Assembly: GCF_028641065.1 (NCBI RefSeq)
Contig: NC_073395.1
Span: 32,054,001-32,118,000, forward strand
DNA: 64,000 nt
Reading direction: 5' to 3'
DNA from: Leucoraja erinacea
Taxonomy: Eukaryota
The first letter of the stretch is position 1; every line of letters begins with the position of its first letter. The notes under the pieces are model-generated. The model did not search any database. It was not told the origin of the DNA and worked only from the letters and a program-made list of their open reading frames with translations. The position numbers and the translations under genes are program-made. Of the stretch, positions 39,351 to 52,913 are shown piece by piece.

Positions 39351-41699
39351 AATATTGTGTTTAATGCGAATTACTTTCATGAGAGCTTTCTCTGCGTGAG
39401 AGTTAGAATGGAAAACAGTTGGGAGGGGACATTCTCAACTTCATAAAGAGGTCGATGGCGCAGTCTTCTACCACCTCCCCATGGATCAGCAATGAATTAC
39501 ACCAGCTCTCAAATTATACATATAATTTGCATATCAAGTCAGGCCGAGTTTACTGTTGTATGCACATGTGTACAGTAAGTACAGGTACAATAAAATCCCG
39601 CTTGTAGCAACATCGCAGTCACATAGACTCCGACAATATACAAAACATAAATTATACATAAATTACACAGCACAGAGAAAAGGAAAAAGACCATGCCAAA
39701 AAAAAATACATTGCTGACAATTGCTATTCCCACCAAGTGTCATTCAGTCCATTTACACAGTGGGATTACAATCTTTTATCTTCCTATCTGATCCAACATA
39801 TGGTTATTAGGCTAGCCCAATGTCACCCAGGTATGTGTAAGAAGGAACTGCAGATGCTGGTTTAAACTGAAAATAGACACAAAAAGCTGGAGTAAGACAG
39901 CAGGACAGATAGCATCTCTGGAGAGAAGGAATGGGTGATGTTTCGGGGTCAAGACCCTTCTTCAGACCCAGGTATTCCCAGTTTCTCCATCTATCCCTCT
40001 TTCACCACCTCTGCAACTTAAATCTATTTTCTCTCTTTCTCAATCCTGTCACTGGCCTGAAACATGGTTTGCTTTACAGTTTTCACAGATGCCCCCGGAC
40101 CAGCTGAGTGTGCAGCAGCATTTTCTGTTTTTATTTTAAACGTAACATCTGTTTTTTCTCACATGTTCAAGTGAAGAGTAATTCATCAAGCTCCTGACTT
40201 CTGCTTTGTATATGGTGGTTAGGCTTCAGGATGTTAGAACATGAGACAATTGCATGCCATATGCCATATATATTGAAAGATATAGAAGATTGGTTAGTTG
40301 ACAGGAAATACAGCAACAAATACAGGGAAAAAAGGGATCAAGTTTGGGTGGCGCAGCAAAGATAGTGATTGGACACTAACTGCTTGCAATGTATATTAAT
40401 AAGTTTGACTCGGGGTCTGAATGCAATGAATTATTGCCAATGAAGTAAACCAAGGGGAAGAAATGAGCTATGAGACTAAGACAAAGAGGCTGAAAAAGGG
40501 CAAAGTGAAGCTGAATGATGGAATGGAATGTTGAGCAATATGACGTTTTTTGGTTGGAAAGCAGATAAGTGCAAAGCTGGGGAATGTTAGTAATATTGAG
40601 TGCTTCACTTGGACCGTAGAAAGTTAACATGCTGATTCAACAAACAATTTGAAACGCAGAGGAACAAGGAAATCTTAGTGAAATTGGCTAGTAGATCCAA
40701 GATTTCATTTTTTTCGGAAAAATCAAACAAATACACTGCTGAGCATGTGAAAGTTAGCTTAACCTGGAGTGAAATTGGATCGTGGGGCCAAACATCGTTT
40801 TCATAAAAATCCAAAAAATACATTGTGGAGCATCTGAAAGTCAGTTTAACCTCAAGTAGAGCATTAATGTGAAAATAAAAACAAACCATAGATGTCATAA
40901 ATCTGAAAATACTGAAGCACTCAGCAGATCAAGCAGCATTTGCGGAAACAGAAACAGAGTAAATGATTTAATGACAAATGTCTCACAAATACTTCCCCAG
41001 GTTTTGGACTTCAACTATTTTCTAATTCGGATAGGAATTAAACATTGTTGTTTTAAATATATCTGTTTTTATAAGTGAAGCAGTGATTTACTTTCTTCAA
41101 TCTAGTATACTGCATTTGGTAGTACTGACGTTTTCGACATGGGAATGCTTTGTGAAGCATCTGTGATAAGTCCACAGGAATGATTCTGAGCTTACAGTTG
41201 CCTGCTATTTTTATTCCCCAAACCCCATCCACCTCACAATGTCTGCGGCCTCAACACTGTTACGAGGCCCGAAACATGCTTGAGAAACAATGTTTCATCT
41301 TCCACCTGGATATGTTGCAGCCTTCCAGACTCAATTTTCATCAGAACTAGAGAAGAAAGCAAACAAGTTAACCTACACTAACAGAGAAGTTGAAGGAAGG
41401 ATGGATACATGGAATACTGGTGACCCCATGGTAGTTTTCACTTATCTGTAACTATTGAACTGGAGTTGCAAATAGATCACCGCTTCAGTGTGCGAGGACA
41501 ACACTTAGTTGAGAAAAATAATATTTGAAGATCAAAACTTGACAAAAAAAACTCCTGATCTAATGGGCAGTATGATCGTTGTCATCTCATGAGCTTCGTA
41601 GACCTGTATTATTTATAGAAGGCGCTTTAAGGTACTGGAGATATATCATTAACACTATCTCTGAAAAAATGTACTGATTTCACTGGAAAGATAAGTGAA

Positions 41700-42170
41700 G
41701 TCAGTGCTCCTTCACAGGCCAGCATTCCAGCACTAGGGCCCCGGTTGCATTCAGTTTGCTATAGTGGGCGGAACATATTGTTCGCATGACTGACACAAGA
41801 CTCGTGAAACTGACACATTTTCCCGAGCAATTTATTGCAAGGAGACGACGGTTAGACAGAGCAAATGATTCAAAGATCTGCTCAAAGTTTCCTTGAAGAA
41901 GTACATCTCCAGCTACTTCTGGAAACCCTGAAATATGACTGAAAGTAGAGAAGGAGCATGTGGGATGGTTTTGCAAACCTTGACGCATGGTGAACACACA
42001 TAAGGTGCCAGAGGAATATACCTTCTCACAAACTACTCACCTGCCTGCCTGCCCCCATAGCAACCCCAGCCCCTTTAGGAGAATCACAGTTCATGCATTG
42101 CCCTCAGAAACCACCAAACCAGGGTGGATGCAATTTATCTTCGATCATGACGGAATACCTAGGAAGAATT
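41700..42170 (+). mobile_element. Old RTE-clade LINE fragment
   Basis: Remnant L*WAEHIVRMTDTRL resembles the RTE LRWAGHxxRMxDxR motif. Confidence 0.55.
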
Positions 42171-43269
42171 TGGTTCTCTACTTGGCCAATATTTTGCCTT
42201 AAATTCTATGAGTTTCAATTCTAGCTAACAATCTGTAATGTAGAAGTTTATTATGGAAATCTTTTTGCCAGTTTTTATGAAGACATACTGTAAACAAAAT
42301 TCCCTTCTTCATCTTTTTAATGGCTTACTTACATTTGTTTACTTGTGCTTTATCCTTCGTATATTCTTGCAATCTTTCCAGCAATTTACTTTACTCACTC
42401 TGTTCACATTCATTTCCTTTACTCAGATCTCTTCCAGGCATTGGCTGCAATTAAGAAGATTGCACCATTAGTGTCATTTAATCCATTGTGGTATCCACCC
42501 TTTCACAGATGTTGCCTTATTTAGCTCCACTACCACCCACCTTCTTCACAACTTAAAACATGTTTGATTTCTAACTTTTCCAAATTCTGATCAACTTTTC
42601 ATCAGCCTGAAATGTTCTTCAATCCAGAAGCATTGATGAGTATCTCTCCTGATTTCTGTTTTTACTTCTGATTTGCAGTTTCCAAAGTTCTTCTTAATCG
42701 GTTCAAAATTTTCTCAATCATAAAATTCAACAGCTTACTTATGAAGGAAGTTAGACAACAAGCTTACAGTTCCCTGGTTTTCTTCCGTCAATTTTCTTCA
42801 GTAATGGAGTTACATTTGCAGTTTTACAATCTAAAGGAACAGATCTTGTAAAAATTGTGGTGGTAGAATCTGTAATTTCTTTATCGACTTCCGTTTAAAA
42901 TTGTTGGTTGAAAATCTTCAGGCCCTAAGGACTCATAAGTCTTTGGTGCCATTCTTATTTTTATGCTGTTTTCATGGTTTCAATCATAGATTTATCTTTA
43001 ATTTCCCTAGAATGTCCGATGTATTGTCTTCTTCACATACGATGAAGACTGGCATTAAATAATTATTCAATAGTTTGCCTTGTTTTTAATTATAATACCA
43101 GCTGCTATACCATGCCTTTCTCAGGTATTATACTGGCAATCATGATGTTGCATGTATTTCCATGCAATCAGGTATTACAATGGTCCTAGTACATGAAATA
43201 AAAATGAACTTAAATATATAAGCATTCCAAGAATAATATAATTAGAGGGGTCATAGGGTCAATAGGTCA

Positions 43270-43790
43270 TAAGGAATAGTAGAATTAGGCCATTCGGCTC
43301 ATCAAGTCTTCTCTGCCAATCAATCATGGCTGATCTATCTCTCCCTCCTAACCCCATTCTGCCTTCTCCCCGTAATCTCTGACACCTGTACTAATCAAGA
43401 ATCTATCTATCTCTGCGTTAAGAGTATCCATTGACTTGGCCTCCACAGCCTTCTGTGGCAAAGAATTCCACAGATTCACCACCCTCTGACTAAAAAAAAT
43501 GCTCATCTCCTTCCTAAAAGAACGTCCTTTAATTCTGAGGTTATGACCTCTAGTCCTAGACTCTTCCACTAGTGGAAAAATCCTCCCCACATCCACTCTA
43601 TCCAAGCCTTTCACTATTCTGTATGTTTCAATGAGATACTCCCTCATTCTTCTAAACCCCTCCGAGTATTGCTCATCATAGGATAACGTACTCATTTCTG
43701 GGATCATTCTTGTAAACCTCCTCTCGACCCTCTCCAGAGCCAGAGCATCCTTCCTCAGATATTGTACCCAAAATTGCTCACAATTATGCT
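43270..43790 (-). mobile_element. CR1 3' fragment
   Basis: LIETYRIVKGLDRVDVGRIFPLVEESRTRGHNLRIKG. Confidence 0.85.
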
Positions 43791-44871
43791 AAAAGTATGT
43801 TAACTAAAGATACCATTAAATCACACACACTGTAAGTAAATCTGTGTGCAAAAAATATATAGTTCTTATTCAGTAGATTATGTACCAATGTGCAATCCAA
43901 CGATGTAGAGGTTTGTAGGTTCATTGGCTTCAGTAAGTTGTAAAAATTGTCCCCAGGATAGTATGCTGGGTGATCGCTGGTCGGCGCAGACTCGGTCTGT
44001 TTCTGTGCTGTATCTCTAAAGTCGTATCACACTACAATACTTTTTTTGCATCTAATGTAATTGTAAAAGGCTTGAAGCTCAGCAGCATACAATAGAAGGG
44101 AAAACAGGACAGACGGAAGGATTTGGGCTCTTTCCCTTTCCCATTCAGTAGGTACTACTTGGGTATCTTGAGTAAGGAAACTTAGAACAGAAGTTTAACA
44201 TTGTTTAGTGCTTCCTACAGGCTTCGGGTACATTTTTAAATTTGATTTGCAAATTTTAATCTTTAATCAATATTTGACATAAGGATGTTAACATACAATA
44301 ATGATTTTAAATGCGCCATTTGTCTATTAAGGAATAAAGTTTAAGATAGATGTTGACTTTTAGTCTATGTCAGAGTCCTTCACAATAGACTGGATGTATA
44401 AACAATGTATGAATTGGGGAATATCCATTTGCACCTTCATAGGTTCATGTTGTAGGGGGAGAATTAGGCCATTCGGCCCATCAAGTCTATGCCGCCATCA
44501 ATCAAAGTTGATCTATCTTTCCCTCTCAGTCCCATTCTACTGCCTTCTAACCATAACCTCTCACACCCGTAAGAGACATCCTTGCTTTACTATAAATCAT
44601 TTGCACAGATTATAGTTTGCACAAAGTGAGGTTTAAATGACACAACCAGCATCTGCAGTTCATTCTTAGACTTTATATGACACAATAATTGGATATGGTT
44701 TTCTCTAACTAAACATTGAGGTTAAGGTGGTCAACCTTTGTATTCTTCTTCTTATCGAGTCCACACACAAGATTAGAAGTTGTTCAGCCAGAGCTGAATA
44801 CACTTCTCGGCATCTGCACACAATGGTGTCTTTCTTGTGCTTCTTGTGCTTCTTGTGCGTGGTGGTGCAAA

Positions 44872-45895
44872 GATGACTAGTGGGGTGCCTCAGGGATCTG
44901 TGTTGGGTCCTTTGTTGTTTGTCATGTACATCAATGATCTGGATGAAGGTGTGGTAAATTGGATTAGTAAGTATGCAGATGATACCAAGATAGGGGGTGT
45001 TGTGGATAATGAAGAGGATTTCCAAAGTCTACAGAGTGATTTAGGCCATTTGGAAAAATGGCTGAAAGATGGCAGATGGAGTTTAATGCTGATAAATGTG
45101 AGGTGCTACACCTTGGCAGGACAAATCAAAATAGGACGTACATGGTAAATGGTAGGGAATTGAAGAATACAGTTGAACAGAGGGACCTGGGTATAACCGT
45201 GCATAGTTCCTTGAAGGTGGAATCTCATATAGATAGGGTGGTAAAGAAAGCTTTTGGTATGCTAGCCTTTATAAATCAGAGCATTGAGTATAGAAGCTGG
45301 AATGTAATGTTAAAATTGTACAAGGCATTGGTGAGACCAAATCTGGAGTATGGTGTACAATTTTGGTCGCCAAAGAGGAAGGATGTCAACAAAATAGAGA
45401 GAGTACAGAGGAGATTTACTAGAATGTTGCCTGGGTTTCAACAACTAAGTTACAGAGATAGGTTGAATAAGTTAGGTCTTTATTCTCTGGAGCGCAGAAG
45501 GTTAAGGGGGACCTGATAGAGGTCTTTAAAATGATGAGAGGGATAGACAGAGTTGATGTGGACAAGCTTTTCCCTTTGAGAATAGCGAAGATTCAAACAA
45601 GAGGACATGACTTCAGAATTAAGGGACAGAAGTTTAGGGGTAATATGAGGGGAACTTCTTTACGCAGAGAGTGGCGGCGGTGTGGAATGAGCTCCCAGTG
45701 GAAGTGGTGGAGGCAGGTTCATTGGTATCATTTAAAAATAAATTGGATAGGCATATGGATGAGAAGGGAATGGAGGGTTATGATACGAGTGCAGGCAGGT
45801 GGGACTAAGGGGGAAAAAATTTGTTCGGCATGGACTTGTAGGGCCGAGATGGCCTGTTTCCGTGCTGTAATTGTTATATGGTTATATGGTTATAT
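44872..45895 (+). mobile_element. 5'-truncated, frameshifted CR1 LINE
   Basis: TSGVPQGSVLGP, KYADDTK and LVRPNLEYGVQFWSP in three successive frames; (GGTTATAT)n tail. Confidence 0.92.
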
Positions 45896-46447
45896 GATTG
45901 GTGAAAACAGGGCCGCGACGTGAACGCTCTTTCCTTGATCCCAACCGTTGTATTGTAATCCATGAATGAGCGGGTCGAGTCCAGTTTACTTGGTTTATAA
46001 AAGCTTAGACATTCAGGATAGCTTGTATTTGATTTTAAACACAAGAGTCTTGCAAATGATAAATGATTGTTGTTATTAAGAGGAATGACTGGTCCATTGC
46101 TATCCTCACCTTGGTGCTAGTTTAAATGCAAGTATTTAGTATTGTAATTGGATTGAGTTATCAATCCCGAGTGATTAAAACAATTAGTTAAGGTGGAAGG
46201 TTAATACTGTACCATTAACTCTATTTCTTATTACAATTGCTGCTTGAGGTGCTGAGCATTCCCAACATTTTCTGATTTAATTTTGTGTTTGCAGCGTTAA
46301 CATTATCTTTGTTTTGTATGGGAAACAGTTTGGTTACTTACGAAGTGAGATGATCACTTTTTTATCATATTTCTTTACGAGGATTTTTTTTGTTGTTGCT
46401 TTACTTGCAGATGTCGCTCGCAAATAATTTGATTTAAATTTGATTAA

Positions 46448-46577
46448 ATGCCTCTGCGCACAAGAATAACATGTTACACAGCCTGGGCAAATGCACGATG
46501 TTCTTCACTGAGTCGTCAGCTCAACAATATATTTATAGAGCTGTTCACAGACAATCATTTGAAAAAATTGTTAGAAA
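46448..46577 (+). CDS. Uncharacterised tandem CH-domain protein, coding exon 1
   Basis: Exon opens at 46411 after ttacttgcag. MPLRTRITCYTAWANARCSSLSRQLNNIFIELFTDNHLKKLLE resembles the start of a CH domain (FTxWxNxxL...). A/GTAAG donor, phase 1. Confidence 0.82.
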
Positions 46578-47407
46578 GTAAGTTCAAATTCTAAAAAAAA
46601 TGATATTTGATTGTAGTACATATATGCATCATTAACTTTTCTATAATTGAATGGACTTAACCCTTTCATTACTCAGATATTTGTGTGGAATATGTTAAGC
46701 CTATTATAACATTAAACTCCGCAGAAAGGGGACTACCAACCAAGTCTATTTTTGTTGTTTTACCTCCCGTTACTGATGGTCCTGATACCATTTATTTAAT
46801 TATTTATTTTTAAAATTACTATTGCACCTCATGCTTGTAATAGGTCCAGAAACATAGACCACGTCTTTTGGAATTGGTCTGCTTTACCTGCTAAGAGGAA
46901 TCTCATCTCTTCCAGATGTAATGTTTCAAACATATTTGATATCCACATTTTTATTGTTGGTGTGGGCGCATTTTTCCAGAATTTGTGTATAAGCCGTCCA
47001 TTTTAATAACGTAATAGCAGCCTTTTTTGAACAATCAATTGTAATGGCAGGTTTCCATGTTACTAGAGTGACATTTAAACAGGCAGAATATCTTATTAAC
47101 TGGCAGATAGCTAACTATTAACTATATAGTGTTTTACAATATTGCTGTACGCACTTTATGTAGAAAAATATTATACATGTGGTGTATTAAATGTTTCTGT
47201 AAACCTTTCTGTATACTTGCATAATAGCTAATAAATTGGGAATGTAAATTGCACTATTTATTTGTTGTATATTGCAGACTTTACAATTAAGCAAGTTGAA
47301 CTGAGATCTATTTATTTTATTCACAATGAAAGTCCACTTTTAATGGGGTTTTTTTGCTCTGTTGTTTGAAAGTTACTAAGTTTTTTCCCGATGTGTTTTT
47401 TGGTTAG

Positions 47408-47577
47408 GTTTTACTGGAAAGGCACCCAGAAATATGAACAGCATGGCTCAACGTCTATCTAAACAGAATCTTATTCCACGATTTGAGTTGTTTTTAGAAG
47501 AACTACAAAAAGCTGGCATCATACCTAAGGATAGTAAAATCGACTGTGGCCTGATTGCCAAGAAAAATATTAAATCT
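47408..47577 (+). CDS. Tandem CH-domain protein, coding exon 2
   Basis: ttag acceptor, phase 1; SFTGKAPRNMNSMAQRLSKQNLIPRFELFLEELQKAGIIPKDSKIDCGLIAKKNIKS; GTACGT donor, phase 0. Confidence 0.82.
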
Positions 47578-47809
47578 GTACGTAAAAGGGTCTCTTTTAT
47601 TGTTAACTTCCACTTGAATAACACCAGATGGGTTATCTTAATAGCTTATTTTTGACTAATTTAACGAGCAGACACGTTTACGTTTCAATGCCGTGCATTT
47701 TTAAAAAAATCGTGATTAAGCGGTAACAGTCAGGTGAGAAGATTCATGTGCATCACATGTCCCCAGTGAGGAGCTGAATTCACAGGGACTATGGATCAAG
47801 GAAGTAGGA

Positions 47810-48550
47810 CAACATCAGGAGCACCTCTTCAACTGCATTCAGTGCTCCCGATGTGGCCTCTGTTATATTGGTGAGACAGAGCGTAGACGACGAACATTTC
47901 ATCAAACATTTGCACTCGGTCTGCCAAGGCCTACGGAACTCCCGGTTGCTAACCATTTTAACTCCCCTTCCCATTCCCATACCAACCTTTCTGTCCTGGG
48001 CATCCTCCATTGCCACAGTGAGGTCATGCACAAACTGGTGGAGCAGCACCTCACATTCTGTTTTGGTAGCTCACAACCCAGTGGAAAGTTGAATTCTCCA
48101 GTTTTATGTGAACAACTCTCTCCTCCTCCCCTTCCTTTCTCCCCTTTTCCCCTTTTATCTCCCTCTCTTCCCTGTGCCCTACCTGGATGCACCCACCCAT
48201 TTCTCCCTTTCCCCTTCACCCCCTTCCCTTCCACCTGTATTCCTTCCTCTTGATTTACATTTCACACCCCTTCTGTTCTCCTTAACTCAGACATTATGTT
48301 TTCTCATCTTTGTCCTTTGTCCAAATGTCTGCCAATCACCCCCCCCCCCCCCACACACCCCTCACCCCACCTTTATCCACCTATTGCTTGGCTTTTGCCC
48401 CCTCCACCTCTCTTCCACCTTTCTCCCACCTTTCTCCCCTGACTACAATCACTGAAGAAGGTTCACAACCCAAAGCATCGCCTCTCCATGTTTTCCAGAG
48501 ATCCTGCCTGACATGCAGAGTTACTCCAGCACTTTCTGTCTTTTGTATCT
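47810..48550 (+). mobile_element. Penelope-like element remnant
   Basis: NCIQCSRCGLCYIGET (YIG half of GIY-YIG), HKLVEQHLTFCFGSSQPSG, a pyrimidine-rich tract and a terminal repeat with CTGAAGAAGG. Confidence 0.8.
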
Positions 48551-50196
48551 GAAATTTATCATTGTCCATATCATATCCTATTGTCATATCACCATATGTA
48601 CTGTAGTTACAAACACTGCATTGTAAAATTTATTTTGGAGCCCGACCCAAAATGTTGTCTGCCCATTTCCCTCCACAGATGCTGCCTAACCCACTGAGTT
48701 CCTGCAGCAGTTTGTTTTTTACTCAAAACCCCAGCATCTATACACTCTTATGTAACCCTCTCTAAAATTTAATTTTAATGTCTTACAGTAAAGCTTCCCC
48801 ATCTTGTGCCCCATGGCTACTCTTCTATCATAATGAATTATTATAATGGTATGTGGATTAAATGACGTTATCTGTATGCTTAAATTCAAATTCACTCATT
48901 TTTTCTTTCCCTGTTTGGAAATACAATAAAAGTACTGTCACTTGCATGCGAAGCTGATCTGAGAACATACGACATTCAAAACAATGTATTGCTGACTTCT
49001 GAGTGCACTTACATCAGGGGGTGTAGAGCGCCCCAAGAAAAATACACATTGTCATTGTTAAAACTCCAGTATCCTCATCCAACATCCACAGACATGCTGT
49101 TGGATTGCATCGCGACTTGGTTGGGTTGTCCAAGACCACATGAAATCGTGGATGTTGCCCAGCCCATCACACAGACCAGACTCCCCACATTCACTACATC
49201 TACATTTCACGCTGCCTTGGGAAAGCAGCCAACATAATCAAAAATGTTGCCTACCCTGGGCATCTTCTCTTTGCTCCAGTTGGAAAGAAGGTACAGAAGC
49301 TTGAAAGTGTGTACCACCAGACACAGGAACAGCTTTGTCCTTTCTGTTAACAGGCTTCTGAACGGAACCTTCCATAAGCTAGGGTACTGTCCAATTATCC
49401 TCTTATAGCTGACATTGGGCTTTGTCTCTTTAACTATTGTGCTACAATGCTAAGACCTATATTCTGCATCCTTTGCTCTACCCCATTGTACTTGAGTTTG
49501 ACCTGATCACAGTATTATCTGATCTGATTTGGGCAGCATGCAAAACAAACGTTTCACTGTATCTAATAATAAATCTAAAGCATATGTTCAAACATTTTCA
49601 TGATCTCACCTTTTCTATTTCCATGATTAATTCCAACATTCACCTGATAAGTCTACATTCCTCTTTTGTAGCTTGAAATCTCTTGCTCCAATAGAGCCTT
49701 AAGATAACTAGGCCTTAACTTTGGGAACTATTTCCCAAATCAGCTCCAACTGTCTCTTCCACTTGGATATTTCTTAAATCCTACACCCTGTTTAAAATTG
49801 CTCTATTTTTGCTCATGTGGCAAGTTGTTTTAATTTAGTATAATTCAGAGAGACAGCAGGGAAACAGGCCCTTTGGTCCATTTATTCCATGCCAACATTG
49901 ATCACCTGTGCATACTCTATGTTACCCCATTAATCCATTCACTCCTTTCATACTGGGGGGCAATGTACAGAGGCCAATTAATCTATAAACCTGCACATCT
50001 TTGGGATGTGGGTGGAAACCGAAGCAAACGGAAGAAACCCTCAGGGAGAAACAGGAAGAATCTGGAAACTGATTGGACCTGAGTCTTTGGTGCTATGAGG
50101 CAGTTTTGATACGTTTTACTCCATCAAAACTGCCATTTTAAAACAAGTTGTTCACTCTTGTCCAAAATACACTTCAATTTCTCCTAAATGCAAAAT

Positions 50197-50640
50197 CAAG
50201 TCAAGTCAAGTCACATTTATTTATATAGCACATTTAAAAAAACAACTCTCGTTGGCCAAAGTGCTTTACATTTGTTATAAGAATAGTATAAACAAACAAA
50301 CTACATAAATATATACACATAGCCCTCGCTCAGTGGACGTCAGGAAAGGCATGGGAGTATAGATAAGATTTTATTCTTGACTTAAAGGAGTTGATGGAGG
50401 GGGCAGTTCTGATGGGAAAGGAGATGCTGTTCCACAGTCTAGGTGCTGCAACCGCAAAGGCGCGGTCGCCCCTAAGCTTATGCCTAGACCGTGGGATATT
50501 CAGCAGCCCCAAGTCGGCCGATCTGTGGGACCTGGAGGTGGAGTGGTGGGTGAGAAGACTTTTAATGTAGGAGGGGGCAAGCCCATTGAGGACTTTGTAG
50601 ACATAGAGGAAGGTCTTAAAATGTATACGGAACCGCACAG
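50197..50640 (-). mobile_element. L2-clade LINE 3' end
   Basis: RIHFKTFLYVYKVLNGLAPSY...GDRAFAVAAPRLWNS...SFKSR; AATAAA followed by a (TTGAC)n tail. Confidence 0.85.
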
Positions 50641-51562
50641 ACTTTAAACAAATCCCAATGAGCTATTGCAGTTTATAAACTTCATGCTAAGAGAAAGTAA
50701 ATACTCCCCCACCAAACACCCCTTCTCGTGGTAAACACTTCCCCAGCAAACACCCCTTCTCTTGGTCTCATCCACCTTTTCAAATTTTTCTGCTGAAGAA
50801 CAGAGTTGTAATCTTGCATCTAAGATGAAATGTCACCTATACATGTTCTGCAGAGATGCGGTTTGACCCGCTGAATTAGTCCAGCACTTGGTGTCTTTTC
50901 TTAGACCATTTGCCAGGAATCGATGACTTACTCCCGGTCTTGTTTTGTGGATTCTCAGATGATGGTTAATGAAGCAAATATTGGAAATGCTATCTCTTCC
51001 ACAGATGGGGTAATCTATGAGGACGGTGTGCTTCTGCTATTTACACAGTAAGGCTCTGTGTAAGCTGCAGAAGCAAAGTGATTTACACAGAGCTTCCCTG
51101 TGCCCTGACGTTTGACCATGGAGTTCACAATAACATCCCAACTGCCCTTTCTTGACATTGCCTAATCCTGAGCCAGAGGTTCTCAAGAATCAGTGAGGAC
51201 ATTGTTTTATTTTCAAGGAGAATTTGAGCACTTTCTTGAAGCTTTCTCTCTATCCACCTGGTAATCTGTTCTCGAGATGGACCTTAGAATAAATTGATTG
51301 CCATAAGAGTCCAGGAGCTAATTGAGGGTAACCAATGCATCAATGATCGGGAAGTTGACCTGGGAGAGACAGTGATATTGGTTTGTTTGGTTTTGCAGAG
51401 ATTCTGAGGTTTTTCTGGAGATGGTGTTGGTGTTATTTTTGCAAACCAATTGCTCCCATTTAAAAAAAAAATAAGACTACGTTTATGCTCAGCTATAAAC
51501 AATAAATCTTGGAGAGAGATGGGAAAGACAAATATGCTGATAGTATTTAAAAATATCTAGTA

Positions 51563-52409
51563 CGAGACTAAGTGCAGACCCGTTGGGTCTGTTCCCCCAA
51601 CGTGTGGTTGTGGGGGGGGGGGGGGGGGGAGGCGGCATGCAGTGTCACACACACTAACTATCCCCCCTCCGCACTCACGCTAATTAACCCCCGATATTAT
51701 ATTAAGATTATTAATTTGCTCCTTTTACTCCATAACCACCTTATCTACTGACGCATAGCCCCCAACTTGCAGTCACATCTAGAGAGGGGGTGGAGGGGTG
51801 GGGGCGGGGGTAGAGAGTGAGGGCAGAGAGAGAAGGGGCAGAGACAGAGAGAGAGGGGAGGAGAGAGAGAGAGAGGGGGGCAGAGAGGGGGGGGGAGGGG
51901 GGGTGCTGAGAGGGGAGGGGAAGAGGTTGGGAGCAGGGAGGGGAAGGGGGTAGAGGGGTGTGTGGAGGGGAGGGGGGTTTAGGGGAGGGAGGACGGTGGG
52001 GGAGGGGATGGAGGGGAGGAGGGGGAGAAAAAAAGAGGGGAGAGAGAGAGAGAGGGGTGGGGGGGAGAGGGGGGAGGGGGGGGAGGGAGAGGGGGGAGGG
52101 GTGAGGGGAGAGGGGAGACGGGGGGGAGGGGGAGGGGGGAGGGGGGGGAGGGGGGGGGGGGGGAGAGGGGGGGAGGGGGGGAGGGAGAGAGGGAGGAGAA
52201 AGGGAGGGAGGGGGGGGGAGGGAGAGGAGGAGAGGGAGGGGGGGGGGGGGTAGAGGAGAGATGAGGGGGGAGAGGAGAGGGGGAGAGAGGTGAGGGGAGA
52301 TAGAGGAGAGGGGGGAGGAGAGGAGAGGGGAGGGGGAGGGGGGAGGGCGGGGGGGGAGAGAGGGAGGGGGGGAGAGGGGGGGGGGCGGAGAGAGAAGGAG
52401 AGAAAAAAA

Positions 52410-52457
<48 letters not shown>

Positions 52458-52913
52458 GAGAGAGAGAAGAGATAGGGATAGGGAGAGAGAGAGAGAATGT
52501 CTTTTTACTCAACCCGAACCCCCCAAACAACCATTAGCAGGCAGTGCTTTTTTCCTCAAACTAACCATAACCAAACCAAATTAAGGGTACTTACTCACAG
52601 TTGTGTAGACATTTGTTCAGTCATTCAGAGCTCAGACCTCCATGTTGTAGAGACTGATTGGGGCACACCACTTCCTGGTTTTATAGTCCCTCCCCCTCCC
52701 ACCAGCAGGAGCAGCAGGGAGAATGGGGAATTTTGTAAAAGCATTAATATCTCTGTCATTTTTCATCGACGGGAAAAATCCTCGGCACACATGCGGAGGA
52801 GGGGGGCTCTGAGTGAGGTGGCCAAAAATGACGGCCGTAGGTGGCGGCGTTCTCTCGGAAATTGCAGCACAGAAGGCCAAAACCGGTCAAGAACAGAATT
52901 TTAGTACTATAGA
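51563..52913 (-). mobile_element. Non-autonomous Helitron-like element with an internal G/GA-rich tract
   Basis: Same terminal hairpin (CAGACCC-GTT-GGGTCTG, 51575-51591) and flanking sequence as 583-700; minus-strand start TCTATAGTACTAAAA. Confidence 0.6.
51781..52497. repeat. ~700-bp polypurine G/GA low-complexity tract
   Basis: Almost exclusively G and A, with many G runs, ending in (GA)n. Confidence 0.95.

Noticed and set aside
51960-52530. Gly/Arg-rich and Pro/Ser-rich ORFs
   Set aside because: Artefacts of the G/GA low-complexity tract.
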